A stretch of 47,692 bases of DNA from Archangium sp. (GTDB lineage Bacteria > Myxococcota > Myxococcia > Myxococcales > Myxococcaceae), in the NCBI GenBank assembly GCA_043758715.1, contig JAYVNA010000141.1, positions 1-47,692 on the forward strand, given 5' to 3'. The notes under the pieces were generated by a model. It ran no database searches. It saw nothing but the letters and a program-made list of their open reading frames with translations, and was not told the DNA's origin. Positions 17,108-26,492 of this stretch are shown here, piece after piece (positions within the stretch are counted from its first letter, which is position 1; each line of letters begins with the position of its first letter). The position numbers and the translations under genes were made by a program.

Positions 17108-18258
17108 CAGGCAGGCTCAGCCGTGCTCAACAGAAAGTCGGCGAGCGCCTGGGCGCGGCTGATCAACGTCTCGACCTCGATGTACTCGTCGGGCGTGTGG
17201 AAGCCCTTGCCGCGGGGACCCAGCGCATCGAGCGTGGGAATGCCCATCGCCGCCGCCGTATTGCCATCGCTGCCGCCGCCCTGGGGCGCCGCTTCATCGG
17301 CCGCCAACCCGTGCGCCTTCGCGCAGGCCGCGTAGCGGTGCAGCACCGCGTCGGTCCCAGGGAGTTTTTCCATCGGCAACCGCCCTGCCCCCGGCTCCAC
17401 TTTCACCTGCGCGCCCTCGACCCCGAGCGACTCCGCCGCCTGATGCAGCGAGCTCCACAACTGATCGGCGAGCGCCTTGGTGGGGAAGCGCAGATCGAGC
17501 TCGGCCTTCGCTTCGGCGGGCACCGTATTCTTCGAGGAACCACCGTTGATGGTGCCCACGTTCACCGTCACGCCGGTGGTCTTGTTCGAGAGCTGCTGCG
17601 CGCGATCCACGAAGCGCGACATCGCCCAGATGGCGTTGACGCCCTCCCAGTAGGCGTTGCCCGCGTGCGCCGGCTTGCCCGTGGCGACGGCGCGCGCCGA
17701 GCCGGTTCCTTTTCGCTGCGTGACGATGGCGTCGTTCGCGCGGCCCGATTCGAAGACGAGCGCGAACTGGCAACCCGGCAACAGGGTGCGCAGCAACGGC
17801 GCGCCCTCGGGGGAACCGACCTCTTCATCAGAGACGATCACCAGCTTCACCGGCGCGATCGCGGAAAGCCCCACCGTGCTCGCCACCGCCTTGAGCGCCC
17901 AGGCGATCACCACCAGCCCGCCTTTCATGTCGAGCACGCCGGGCCCGCGGCGCAGCACTCCGTCGACGCGGTAACCCTCGAACAGGCCCGGAGGAAACAC
18001 GGTGTCGAGGTGACCGATCAGCGCCACCGGGGCCACCGCGCGTTGCCCACTCGACTTGAAGACGAGGTGATCGGCGAAGCGCTCACTGCCGATGCGCTCT
18101 CCTTCGAGCCCGGGCATGGCGAACACGTCCTCGAGCAGGCGCACCACCTTCTGGCCTCCGTCGCGGTTGGCGGTGAAGGAATTGATGTCCACCAGGGCGG
18201 CCAGAGCGGCCTCCATCGCGGGGAGCTGGGTGCGGAGCCAGTCGGAGGCGTTGCTCAT
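17107..18258 (-). CDS. M20 family metallopeptidase (carboxypeptidase G2 / ArgE-DapE-like)
   Basis: Motifs LIGHLDTVFPPG, GPGVLDMKGG, VSDEEVGS and GGGSDGN. Confidence 0.9.
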   Translation of the reverse strand: MSNASDWLRTQLPAMEAALAALVDINSFTANRDGGQKVVRLLEDVFAMPGLEGERIGSERFADHLVFKSSGQRAVAPVALIGHLDTVFPPGLFEGYRVDGVLRRGPGVLDMKGGLVVIAWALKAVASTVGLSAIAPVKLVIVSDEEVGSPEGAPLLRTLLPGCQFALVFESGRANDAIVTQRKGTGSARAVATGKPAHAGNAYWEGVNAIWAMSRFVDRAQQLSNKTTGVTVNVGTINGGSSKNTVPAEAKAELDLRFPTKALADQLWSSLHQAAESLGVEGAQVKVEPGAGRLPMEKLPGTDAVLHRYAACAKAHGLAADEAAPQGGGSDGNTAAAMGIPTLDALGPRGKGFHTPDEYIEVETLISRAQALADFLLSTAEPA

Positions 18259-18351
18259 GAGTGCCCGAATCTCCCATTATTTCGAGCGGTTGCAACCGCA
18301 ACCGCCAGCCCGAGGTAGCCTGATGTGGGTGCGTCAGATAAGGGGTGCCGC

Positions 18352-19377
18352 ATGCTGCTGCTCCGGGACGTTGCAAGGGGGGACCTCGCAGGGCTCAAGC
18401 GACTCGCCGCGACGCTCAACAGCGTCAACCTTCCCAACAATGAGAAGGTGTTGTCGACGTTGATCGAGAAGTCGATCCACAGCTTCTCGGGGAAGATCGA
18501 AGACCCGTTCAAGCGTGAGTACTTGTTCGTGCTCGAGGACTTTCGCAACAAGACCATCATCGGAACCTCGATGATCATTGCGCAGCACGGCACCAAAGAC
18601 GCACCGCACATTTATTTTCAGGTCACTGATTCCGAGAACTACTCGGCGAGCATCGACAAGCACTTCAGGCACAAGGTGCTGTCGATTGGCTACAACTACG
18701 ACGGCCCCACGGAGATCGGCGGCCTCGTCGTCGACCCGCCCTACCGCAGCGGCACCGAGAAGCCCGGCAAGCAGCTGAGCTACGTGCGCTTCCTCCTGAT
18801 GGGCATGCAGCGCCCCCTCTTCCGCGACCGCGTGCTGGCAGAGCTGCTGCCCCCGCTGATGGAAGATGGCCGCTCGCTCTTGTGGGAATCGATCGGCAAG
18901 AAGTTCACCGGTCTCGACTACACCGAGGCCGACAAGCTCTCGCGGCAGAACAAAGAGTTCATCAAGGAGCTCTTCCCCTCTTCAGACATCTACGCGTCCC
19001 TCTTCACTGCGAAGGCGCAGAAGTTGATTGGCGAAGTGGGCCCGAACACCAAGGGCGTGCAGCGCATGCTCGAGCGCATTGGCTTTCGGTACTCGAACCA
19101 CATCGATCCGTTCGATGGCGGGCCGCACTACGAAGCGAACCTCGGCGAGGTGTCGCTGATCAGGCACTTCCGCACTGCGACCGTCGGCAAGGAGCCGTAC
19201 GATCTCGAGGCTGAAGAGGTGCTGATCGGGGTCACCCGCGAGAAGGGGCCCAATCGGTTCCGCGCCGTTCGCACCCAGGTCCGGTACGAAGATCAGGTGG
19301 TCTTCTTCCCCAAGCCGGTGCGCGAGCTCCTCAAGGTGAAGCCAGGCGACAAGGTCTCCATCATCCCCTTCGAGTAG
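18352..19377 (+). CDS. astA: arginine N-succinyltransferase family protein (AstA-like)
   Basis: The N-terminus MLLLRDVARGDLAGLKRLAA..LPNNEKVLSTLIEKSIHSF parallels E. coli AstA (MMVIRPVERSDVSALMQLA..LPANEATLSARIERA) as I recall it. I prefer ATG 18352 with AAGGGG upstream over the track start at 18325. Confidence 0.75.
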   Translation: MLLLRDVARGDLAGLKRLAATLNSVNLPNNEKVLSTLIEKSIHSFSGKIEDPFKREYLFVLEDFRNKTIIGTSMIIAQHGTKDAPHIYFQVTDSENYSASIDKHFRHKVLSIGYNYDGPTEIGGLVVDPPYRSGTEKPGKQLSYVRFLLMGMQRPLFRDRVLAELLPPLMEDGRSLLWESIGKKFTGLDYTEADKLSRQNKEFIKELFPSSDIYASLFTAKAQKLIGEVGPNTKGVQRMLERIGFRYSNHIDPFDGGPHYEANLGEVSLIRHFRTATVGKEPYDLEAEEVLIGVTREKGPNRFRAVRTQVRYEDQVVFFPKPVRELLKVKPGDKVSIIPFE

Positions 19378-19460
19378 TCGAGCTGCGCCGGTCCGCGAAT
19401 GCGGACCAGCCAGGACCGGAGCGCAGCGGAGGCCTGGGCCAAGGCGCGGCGACCAGAAAG

Positions 19461-20501
19461 ATGGCTCCAAAAGCCTACATTCCGGCTCGCGCGCGATTCG
19501 TTAAGGTGTGCGCACTCCCGATGACCGCAGCAATTTTGCTCAGCCTTGTGCTCACTCAGAGCGCGCCTTCGCTCGGCCAGGGGCGCACGTTCGTGACGGC
19601 GCTGCAGTCCGGTGACGTCTCGAAGGTCTGGCAGAAGAGCGGCACCGCGCCCGGTCAGCAGTTCACCTCGCTGGCCGCGCTGCAGAAGTTCGCAGCCGGT
19701 CTGCGCAGCTACGGCACCGAGTCGAAGCTGGTCAGCGAAGGGCTCTCACAAGATCGCAACGGCAACACCGTCTACACCCGGGTGTGCGCGGTCTCGAACT
19801 GGGCCCGGGGCATCGAGATCTCGCTGGTGATGGACGCGCAGAGCCGGCTGCTCGCGGCCAGCATGAACTTCGCCACCAAGGAAGCGCCCACCACCTACGG
19901 CGCCTATCGCTCGCTGGTGAAGCTGCGCCTGCCGCTCGAGGAAACCTGGCACGTGCTCTGGGGCGGCCGCACCTGGGACGACAATCGCCACGCCTCGGTC
20001 TCCGACATGCGCTTCGCCCTCGATCTGCTGCAGCGCAAGAACGGCAGCAGCGCCGAGGGCAAGGGCCTGCTCAACGAGGACTACTTCGCCTGGAACCAGA
20101 ACGTGCTCGCGCCCGCCGATGGGGTGGTGGTGGTCGCAGAAGGCGGCGTGGCCGACAACCTTCCCAACCGCGCGGTGGGCGGCAACCTCTACGGCAACCT
20201 GCTGGTGATCGACCACGGCACCGATGAGTTCACCCTGCTCGGCCACCTGCGCCAGGGCTCGTTGCTGGTGAAGCCGGGCGATCGGGTGACCCAGGGCCAG
20301 CGCCTCGCCCGCGTCGGCAACAGCGGCATGTCGACCGAGCCGCACCTTCACTTCCAGTTGATGGACACATCTGATTGGCGTTCCGCGCATGGGCTCCCGC
20401 TGCAGCTGCACGACTTCGTGCGCAACGGCACCCTGGTGGATCGCGCCGAGCCGCGGCGGGGCGATGTGCTCACCCCTGTTTCGGTCGAAGCACACCGCTG
20501 A
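19461..20501 (+). CDS. secreted M23 (LytM-type) metallopeptidase
   Basis: Signal-like N-terminus. M23 core: LVIDHGTDEFTLLGHL..VKPGDRVTQGQRLARVGNSGMSTEPHLHFQL. The start could instead be the internal Met at 19521. Confidence 0.85.
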   Translation: MAPKAYIPARARFVKVCALPMTAAILLSLVLTQSAPSLGQGRTFVTALQSGDVSKVWQKSGTAPGQQFTSLAALQKFAAGLRSYGTESKLVSEGLSQDRNGNTVYTRVCAVSNWARGIEISLVMDAQSRLLAASMNFATKEAPTTYGAYRSLVKLRLPLEETWHVLWGGRTWDDNRHASVSDMRFALDLLQRKNGSSAEGKGLLNEDYFAWNQNVLAPADGVVVVAEGGVADNLPNRAVGGNLYGNLLVIDHGTDEFTLLGHLRQGSLLVKPGDRVTQGQRLARVGNSGMSTEPHLHFQLMDTSDWRSAHGLPLQLHDFVRNGTLVDRAEPRRGDVLTPVSVEAHR

Positions 20502-20583
20502 AATCGTGAAACGGTTGTGAGCGTGGAGCCGCGCCGCTATCTGGGTGCCGCTTCGTTCATTTCCAACCTTTGAGGAAAAAACC

Positions 20584-21498
20584 ATGAATCGTCTTTTGCT
20601 CTCGTCGTGTCTCGTTGCGGCCTCCGTCTTCGCCCAGGCGAAGGACGCCGGCGTCGCTGCCAAGCCTGCCGCGCCTGCCAAGCCCACCGCCGCCGTGACC
20701 TTCAGCGAAGGCATCGCGACGCCTGAGTCGGTGCTCTACGACGCCGAGACTGACACGTACCTGGTCAGCAACATCAACGGCGCGCCGGTCGACAAGGACA
20801 ACAACGGCTACATCACCGAGCTCTCGCCCGACGGGAAGGTCGTCAACGCGAAGCTGGTGGAAGGCGGAAAGAACAAGGTCACCTTGAACGCCCCCAAGGG
20901 CAGCGCGATCAAGGACGGGGTGATCTACGTCGCCGACATCGACACCGTGCGCATGTTCGATCGCAAGACCGGCGCACCGAAGGGTGAAGTCGCGCTCAAG
21001 GGAGCGACCTTCGCGAACGACGTCGCGCTCGGCCCCGACGGCAACATCTACGTCTCTGACTCCGGTCTGAACGCGAAGTTCGAGGGCACTGGCACCGACG
21101 CCATCTGGGTGATCTCCGGCAAGAAGCCGACCGCGAAGGCGCTGATCAAGAGCAAGGACCTGCACGGCCCCAACGGCCTGCTGGTGACCAAAGACGCGGT
21201 TCACACCGTGTGCTTCGGCAACAACGAGCTGCTCACGTTCGATCTGAAGGGCAAGAAGGTGGGCGAGCCCACCAAGCTGCCCAACGGCGGGCTCGACGGC
21301 CTCGTGATGGTCGGTGACGAGCTGCTCGTGACCAGCTGGGGCGGCAAGGCGATCTACCGCGGCAAGCTCGGCGGCGAGTTCAAGGAAGCCTTCGGCGAGC
21401 TCGAGGCGCCGGCTGACATCGGCTTCGACAGCAAGCGCAACCGCGTGCTGGTGCCCCGCTTCCAGGGCAACGCGGTCGAGGCGTACGAGCTGAAGTAA
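20584..21498 (+). CDS. secreted SMP-30/gluconolactonase/NHL-like beta-propeller protein
   Basis: ATG 20584 is preceded by GAGGAAAAAA. Signal peptide MNRLLLSSCLVAASVFAQA. Repeated blade motifs: ESVLYDAETDTYLVSN, GVIYVADIDT, DVALGPDGNIYVSDSG. Confidence 0.75.
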   Translation: MNRLLLSSCLVAASVFAQAKDAGVAAKPAAPAKPTAAVTFSEGIATPESVLYDAETDTYLVSNINGAPVDKDNNGYITELSPDGKVVNAKLVEGGKNKVTLNAPKGSAIKDGVIYVADIDTVRMFDRKTGAPKGEVALKGATFANDVALGPDGNIYVSDSGLNAKFEGTGTDAIWVISGKKPTAKALIKSKDLHGPNGLLVTKDAVHTVCFGNNELLTFDLKGKKVGEPTKLPNGGLDGLVMVGDELLVTSWGGKAIYRGKLGGEFKEAFGELEAPADIGFDSKRNRVLVPRFQGNAVEAYELK

Positions 21499-21504
21499 GG
21501 CCGG

Positions 21505-24500
21505 CTACGAGGCCAGCCAGATCTCCTCGAAACGAACCTGCGGCGGCGTCTGGTGCAGCCGCAGCCCCTGGAGTTCCTGGCTGGCCGCTGCATGGAATCG
21601 CTCGTGGTACAGCGGCACGAGCACGCAGTCTTCGCGCACCAGGCTCTCGGCCTTTCGATAGAGCTGCTCGCGCAAACCCGGGTCGATCGACACGCGCGCT
21701 TCGTCGGTGAGGCGATCGAACTCGGCGTTCTTGTAGCCAACGTCGTAGTAGCTCTGCGCCTTCGAGTTGAGCAGCACGTAGAGGAAGTTGTCGGGGTCGG
21801 CGACGTCGGCGATCCAGTTGCCGCGGTAGACCGCCAAGCGGCCTTCGCGCACCCGCTCCCAGAAGTCCTTGAGCTCGACGTGCTCGAGGTCGACCAGCCC
21901 GGCATCGGTGAGCGGCTTGAACAGCGCGCGATCTTCCTCGCGGGTGTCGCGATCGGGTGCGTACTGAATTGTCACGCGCACCCGCGAATGCCCCGCTTCG
22001 GTGAGCAGCCTCCGCGCCAGCGCGATGTCGGTACGCGGCTCGTGCACCCGCTCACTCTCGAGCAACGACGGAGGGGTGAGCGACTTGGCCACCCGCGCCC
22101 CCGGATGAAAGGCGTCGACCAACGCGCGCACGTCGAGCCCCGCACGAATCGCGCGACGCACCCGCACGTCATCGAAGGGCGCCGTCTGGGCGTGGAAGGC
22201 GAGGAACCACACAGAAGGCGTGTTGACCGTCAGCGCCGAGGCGGGGTCGAGGCCCACTTCCTTCAGGTTCTCCGCGTGGAGATACGAGACCAGCTGCACC
22301 TTGCCCGCGGTGAAGGCGTCAAGCGCCGCGCGGCGTGATTGGTAGAGCTGGAACTCGAGGCGCGCGAGCAGCGGCAGGCCCGGCATGTAGAACGTCGGGT
22401 TCCGCTCGAGGGTGACGCTGTTCGCGGTGTTCGACGCCAGGCGAAACGGCCCCGTGCCCAGAATGCGCCCGCCGTCGTGCCGGGTGATGCCGGTGGGCGG
22501 CAGCGCCAACAAGCGCAGGAAGAACGCGCGCGGCTCGTCGAGCCGGAACTCGATGGTGTGTTCGTCGAGCACCTCGATGCCCGCCACGCTAGTGGCTTCC
22601 CCCGCGAGGAAGGCCGAGGCGCCGGTGATGTCCTTGAAGAGCACCGCGTCTGGCGCGCCCACCTTGGGATCGAGCAGCCGCTCGAAGTGCGTCTTCACGT
22701 GCATGGCGTTGAGCGCCACCCCGTCGGGGAAAGTGACGCCCTTGCGCATCGCGAAGCGGTAGCGGCGGGCGGTGCGATCGGCTTCCCACGACTCCGCCAG
22801 GTCCGGCACCAGAATGCCGTCTTCGTAGCGAACCAGCGTCGAGTACATCGCCGCCGAGACCTCGGTGATCTGCAGGTCGATGGTGAAGAGCGGGTCGAGC
22901 CCGCGGGTCTCGTCGAGCGTGAGCGCGCGGTGCAGGCCGACCTGCAACGTTCCGCCGGCGCGCGCCTGGGGCAGCTTGAAGCGGAAGACCTCGCCGCCGA
23001 GCGTGTCGGCCTCGTGGCTGAGCTGTTCCACCATGCGGCTCAAGGTGTCGCCGATGCGCACCACCCGCTGCGCGTCTTCACGCACCTCGGCGACCTCTTC
23101 ACTGATGGCCGCGTCGCCCTGCTTGAGCACGGTCTGCGAGACGCGAATTTCGTCGATCGCCGCGGTGAGCCGGAGCACCGAGTCGGACAGCTCGCGGCCG
23201 GTGGTGACCTGGCCATCGGCCTGTCCCGAAGCCTCCCGCGCGGTGCGCGACATGTCCTGCATCTGCTTGACGAGGTCACGGCCCTGCGAGGCTTGATCGC
23301 TCGCCAGGCGCATCACCTCGTCGACGCGCTCCGTCACCTGCTGGCTGACCGCCACCAGCGACACGCTCTGGGTCTCGAGGCGCGCGGCTTCGGCCTGCGT
23401 CGCCTCCACGGCGGTGAGCGCGCGCTGCGAGGTGTACTGAATGGCGCGCAATGCATCGGCGGCCTTCTCACCCAGGGTCACCCCGGCGGCGGCTTCATCA
23501 CGGCCCCGGCTCACCAGCTCGACGGTGCGTTCGACGCCTTCACGCACGGCCTTCACCTTCTGGCCGATTTCGCGAGTGGAACGGCTGGTCTTCTCGGCGA
23601 GGTTCCGCACTTCGGCGGCGACCACGGCGAAGGCCTTGCCGCTCTCACCGGCCTGGCTGGCGATGATGGCGGCGTTGAGCGCCAGCAGGTTCGTTTGATC
23701 GGCGATCTCCTGGATCACCTCGACTACGCGGCCAATCTCCTGGCTGCTGACGCCGAGCTCGTCGACCAGGTGCGCGGCCCGGCTCACCGTCTCGTCGATG
23801 CGCTTGATGCCCTTGAGCGCGTCGCCCACCAACTGCGCGCCCTGCGTCGCGGTGGCAGTCACCTCGCGCGCCAGGTCGCCGGTCTCATCGCTGCGCCTTC
23901 GCACGGCGTCGATGCTGTCTTCGGCGAGCGAAACGGCCTCGCGCGTCTGCACGGTGAGGCGGCCCACGGTGCTGCTGGCCTCCATCACCATCACCGACCG
24001 CTGGCTCATGGCGTCGACGCGGGCAGAGGTCTTCTCTGAAGCCGTGTTGAGCAAGGTGAGCGCTCCGGCCACGTGCTCGATGCTCTCGGTCATCTCGGTC
24101 AGCGAGGTGGTGGTCTCCCGCGCGAACGACTCGAGCTGCGTCACCCGCTTACCGCTGCCCTCGAGGCTCTCGCCCATGCCTGAGACGGCCTTCTCACTGC
24201 GCTCCACGGCGGCGCCCTGGCGGCGAGCAGCGTCGAGCACGTTGCGGGCCTGTTCCTCGACGCCGCGTGCAGTGCGATGGAGAGAACTGGTCACCCGCTG
24301 CACCTGCCAGAGCGCGCGTCGCAGGCTCAGGGCGAGGCGTTGCAGATCGGAATCGTCCTCGCCCTCGCTCACCGGAAGCACGGTGAGGTCGCCCTCGGCG
24401 AAGCGCTCGATCACCTCGCGCCGACGCTCGGACCTGCGGGTGCTCAGCTGGAAGAACGTGAGCCAACCGCCGAGCGTGAAGCAGGCGACGGTGGAGAAGC

Positions 24501-24627
24501 ACAACGCAAACCAACCGACGAAGGTGCCGGGTTGGCCCGTGATCGCGAGCATCACCAGGCCGGAGAAGAGGCCCGTGAGCAGGCCGCCCGCGGGGCCGAA
24601 GAGCAACAGGTACCAGCGGTTGGCCAT
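21505..24627 (-). CDS. membrane-anchored chemoreceptor (HAMP plus MCP signalling domain) fused to a C-terminal family-5 (peptide/nickel type) solute-binding domain
   Basis: 1040 aa. Two N-terminal TM segments are separated by a very short loop. The MCP hairpin signature is [41 protein letters not shown]. The last 480 aa or so have SBP_bac_5 character ([39 protein letters not shown]...[14 protein letters not shown]). Confidence 0.9.
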   Translation of the reverse strand: MANRWYLLLFGPAGGLLTGLFSGLVMLAITGQPGTFVGWFALCFSTVACFTLGGWLTFFQLSTRRSERRREVIERFAEGDLTVLPVSEGEDDSDLQRLALSLRRALWQVQRVTSSLHRTARGVEEQARNVLDAARRQGAAVERSEKAVSGMGESLEGSGKRVTQLESFARETTTSLTEMTESIEHVAGALTLLNTASEKTSARVDAMSQRSVMVMEASSTVGRLTVQTREAVSLAEDSIDAVRRRSDETGDLAREVTATATQGAQLVGDALKGIKRIDETVSRAAHLVDELGVSSQEIGRVVEVIQEIADQTNLLALNAAIIASQAGESGKAFAVVAAEVRNLAEKTSRSTREIGQKVKAVREGVERTVELVSRGRDEAAAGVTLGEKAADALRAIQYTSQRALTAVEATQAEAARLETQSVSLVAVSQQVTERVDEVMRLASDQASQGRDLVKQMQDMSRTAREASGQADGQVTTGRELSDSVLRLTAAIDEIRVSQTVLKQGDAAISEEVAEVREDAQRVVRIGDTLSRMVEQLSHEADTLGGEVFRFKLPQARAGGTLQVGLHRALTLDETRGLDPLFTIDLQITEVSAAMYSTLVRYEDGILVPDLAESWEADRTARRYRFAMRKGVTFPDGVALNAMHVKTHFERLLDPKVGAPDAVLFKDITGASAFLAGEATSVAGIEVLDEHTIEFRLDEPRAFFLRLLALPPTGITRHDGGRILGTGPFRLASNTANSVTLERNPTFYMPGLPLLARLEFQLYQSRRAALDAFTAGKVQLVSYLHAENLKEVGLDPASALTVNTPSVWFLAFHAQTAPFDDVRVRRAIRAGLDVRALVDAFHPGARVAKSLTPPSLLESERVHEPRTDIALARRLLTEAGHSRVRVTIQYAPDRDTREEDRALFKPLTDAGLVDLEHVELKDFWERVREGRLAVYRGNWIADVADPDNFLYVLLNSKAQSYYDVGYKNAEFDRLTDEARVSIDPGLREQLYRKAESLVREDCVLVPLYHERFHAAASQELQGLRLHQTPPQVRFEEIWLAS

Positions 24628-24629
24628 GA

Positions 24630-25514
24630 GTGCGCTGGACCCTATTCGCGCAGGGCGCCAGCGTCACTTGTTCACGCTGTGGCACACTCGCGGCCGTGTT
24701 CGCGCTGGTGCTCAGCCTGCTCGCCGCTGCCCCCGACGAATCGCGCCGTTTCGTGCTCGAGGTCGCGGGGATTCCGGTCGCCCAGCTGCGGGTCTCAGTG
24801 AACGGCGACCGCTACCTCTACGAGTCGACGCACTTCCTCGAAGAAGGTCCGCGCACGCACCGGGTGCAACTGCGACTGAAGAAATTGACGCCTCAGCCGG
24901 AGGTGCTCGCGTTGCTGCACCCGCCCCCACCCGGCTGCGTCGAGGTGCTGGAAGAGCGCACTGCGGCGCGCGAACAGCTTTGCGTCGACGCGTCCGACGG
25001 GCGAAACGCCGCGGGGACCATCGCGGGTGAAAAGTTCAGCGCGGACTACGACGAGGCCGGTGCGCTCAGCCGCATCACCGTGGGGTCGGCGAAATGGTTC
25101 GCGGCGGCCACCCCCACGGCGCCCCCCGTTCAAAGTCCGTTCGTGAAGGGCGTAGCAGTCCCCGCGGGCCCGCTGCGGCTGGACCCACCTCTCGAGGCGG
25201 CGCGTTGGTTGGCCCGGGCGCCTGAGGGTGTGGGCGCTCCCGATCGCGTGGGGCGGGTGCGATGCCTCGTGCTCGCGCGGGAAGAAGCGGCTCGCCGTCC
25301 GGGCTCGCATGTCGCCGTCGGCGTGGTGATCGAAGACCGGCGCGCGTACCCGCATGCCTGGGTGACCGGAGCTGATGGGAACGCAGTCGATCCTTCCGTG
25401 CTCGAGGGTGATTCCATTCTCGAGTCGCGCCGGTATCTCGAAGTGCCGGCCGAGCAGGCGGGAACGTTCTATCTCCGGCTCTTCGATGGCGTGCTCAAGC
25501 TGAAGGCGAAGTGA
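24630..25514 (+). CDS. hypothetical exported protein, possible transglutaminase-like Cys/His/Asp core at the C-terminus
   Basis: Good codon bias. Hydrophobic N-region [16 protein letters not shown]. The C-terminal pattern [10 protein letters not shown]...[17 protein letters not shown] resembles a C...HAW...DP transglutaminase core. The start is uncertain (GTG 24630, 24663 or 24696). Confidence 0.55.
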   Translation: MRWTLFAQGASVTCSRCGTLAAVFALVLSLLAAAPDESRRFVLEVAGIPVAQLRVSVNGDRYLYESTHFLEEGPRTHRVQLRLKKLTPQPEVLALLHPPPPGCVEVLEERTAAREQLCVDASDGRNAAGTIAGEKFSADYDEAGALSRITVGSAKWFAAATPTAPPVQSPFVKGVAVPAGPLRLDPPLEAARWLARAPEGVGAPDRVGRVRCLVLAREEAARRPGSHVAVGVVIEDRRAYPHAWVTGADGNAVDPSVLEGDSILESRRYLEVPAEQAGTFYLRLFDGVLKLKAK

Positions 25515-26074
25515 TGTGGCTCGGAGTGCTCGCGGCGGCCTTCATGCTCGGCGTGGCGCTGCGCGTTGATCGCGTCGGTCGCCGGATCCCGCGCTTTCCG
25601 ACCCGCCCTCTCACCGGCGTGGTCCTGGGCGCCCGCGTTCACGCTGACGGCAGCCCGAGCCCCGCACTGATCGATCGCGTTCGGGTGGGAGTCGCCCTGC
25701 TCAACGAAGGTCGGGCGCAGCGCCTCATCCTCTCAGGCGGCTCGCCGGACGATCGGCCGACCGAGGCCTCGGTGATGCAGCGATTGGCGCTGGAGTTCGG
25801 GGCGCCCGCGGAAAGCCTGGTGCTCGAGACGAAGAGCCGATCGACCTTCGAGAACGCAGCCTTCACCGTGCCGTTGCTCGGCGACGAGCGGGAGATCATC
25901 CTCGTGAGCTGCGACTTTCACCTCGCGCGCGCCACGGCTCATTTTCGTCGACGGGGCCTGACGGTGTGGCCCGTGCCTTCACCGCGCGCGTTGGCCACGG
26001 GCGCTCGCCTCATCGTCACGTTCAAGGAACTGATCGCCCTGGTGCGGCGCCCCTGGCTCATCGCGAAGATCTGA
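25511..26074 (+). CDS. DUF218 (YdcF/ElyC/SanA-like) domain protein
   Basis: Motif run LILSGGSPDDRPTEASVMQRLALEFGAPAESLVLETKSRSTFENAAF...ILVSCDFHLARA. The start (GTGATG) overlaps the upstream stop. Confidence 0.8.
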   Translation: MMWLGVLAAAFMLGVALRVDRVGRRIPRFPTRPLTGVVLGARVHADGSPSPALIDRVRVGVALLNEGRAQRLILSGGSPDDRPTEASVMQRLALEFGAPAESLVLETKSRSTFENAAFTVPLLGDEREIILVSCDFHLARATAHFRRRGLTVWPVPSPRALATGARLIVTFKELIALVRRPWLIAKI

Positions 26075-26177
26075 CAATCGGGGCCTGCCTTCATTGCCAA
26101 TCTGGCGCGGGGGAGGACTGGTCCCGCGTCTCCCCGGGCTGAACGGCGCAGGTACGGCAAGTGCACCGCTTCGACCC

Positions 26178-26477
26178 GTGACCCTGTTCGAGTTCTCCGT
26201 GTTCTTCTCTGTCGTGTTTGGGGCCGGCACGGGCGCGTTCGCCGGAGCAAGACACGGCGCCCTGGGGTTCCTGTTCGGAGGCGTCGCCGGAGTGGCCATC
26301 GGCTTCGCCTGCTGCGTGCTGGCGATGAGCCCGATGGCCGTGGTGAGCCGAGGGCACTCCACCGGGCTTCGCGCCTGGCTCGATGGCCTGGTGGGCGGCG
26401 TAAGCCTCTTCATTTTCGTACCCGCCGCTCCGTTCGGAGCGGGGCTCGCGGCGTGGTGGTTGGTTCGGCTGGTCTAG
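26178..26477 (+). CDS. small hypothetical membrane protein
   Basis: Three hydrophobic Gly/Ala-rich segments. G/C third-position bias becomes strong from GTG 26178 onward. The first 28 codons of the track ORF 26094..26477 have poor bias. Confidence 0.45.
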   Translation: MTLFEFSVFFSVVFGAGTGAFAGARHGALGFLFGGVAGVAIGFACCVLAMSPMAVVSRGHSTGLRAWLDGLVGGVSLFIFVPAAPFGAGLAAWWLVRLV

Positions 26478-26492
26478 AATGTCGTTCGCAAG

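Noticed and set aside
19382-19427. Stem-loop after astA (ggtccgc-gaat-gcggacc nested in gctgcgc...gcgcagc) as a terminator
   Set aside because: The stem is GC-rich, but no U-tract follows it, and the next gene starts about 35 nt later on the same strand. That is too weak to call an intrinsic terminator.
22339-24039. 566-aa plus-strand ORF opposite the chemoreceptor gene, with similar cases at 33017..35011, 35054..36643, 36594..38249, 38304..39527, 43770..44834 and 19746..20714
   Set aside because: All lie fully inside homology-supported genes on the other strand and have shadow-frame composition. Long stop-free antisense frames are expected at this GC content.
24625-24632. Back-to-back divergent start codons (MCP ATG at 24627, hypothetical GTG at 24630), with the same situation at 36611..36614 (CATG shared by the coiled-coil and M16 genes)
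   Set aside because: Taken literally this leaves no promoter space. I treat the plus-strand track starts as over-extensions and favour downstream starts (24663/24696 and 36684). I see no evidence for a special overlapping-promoter mechanism.
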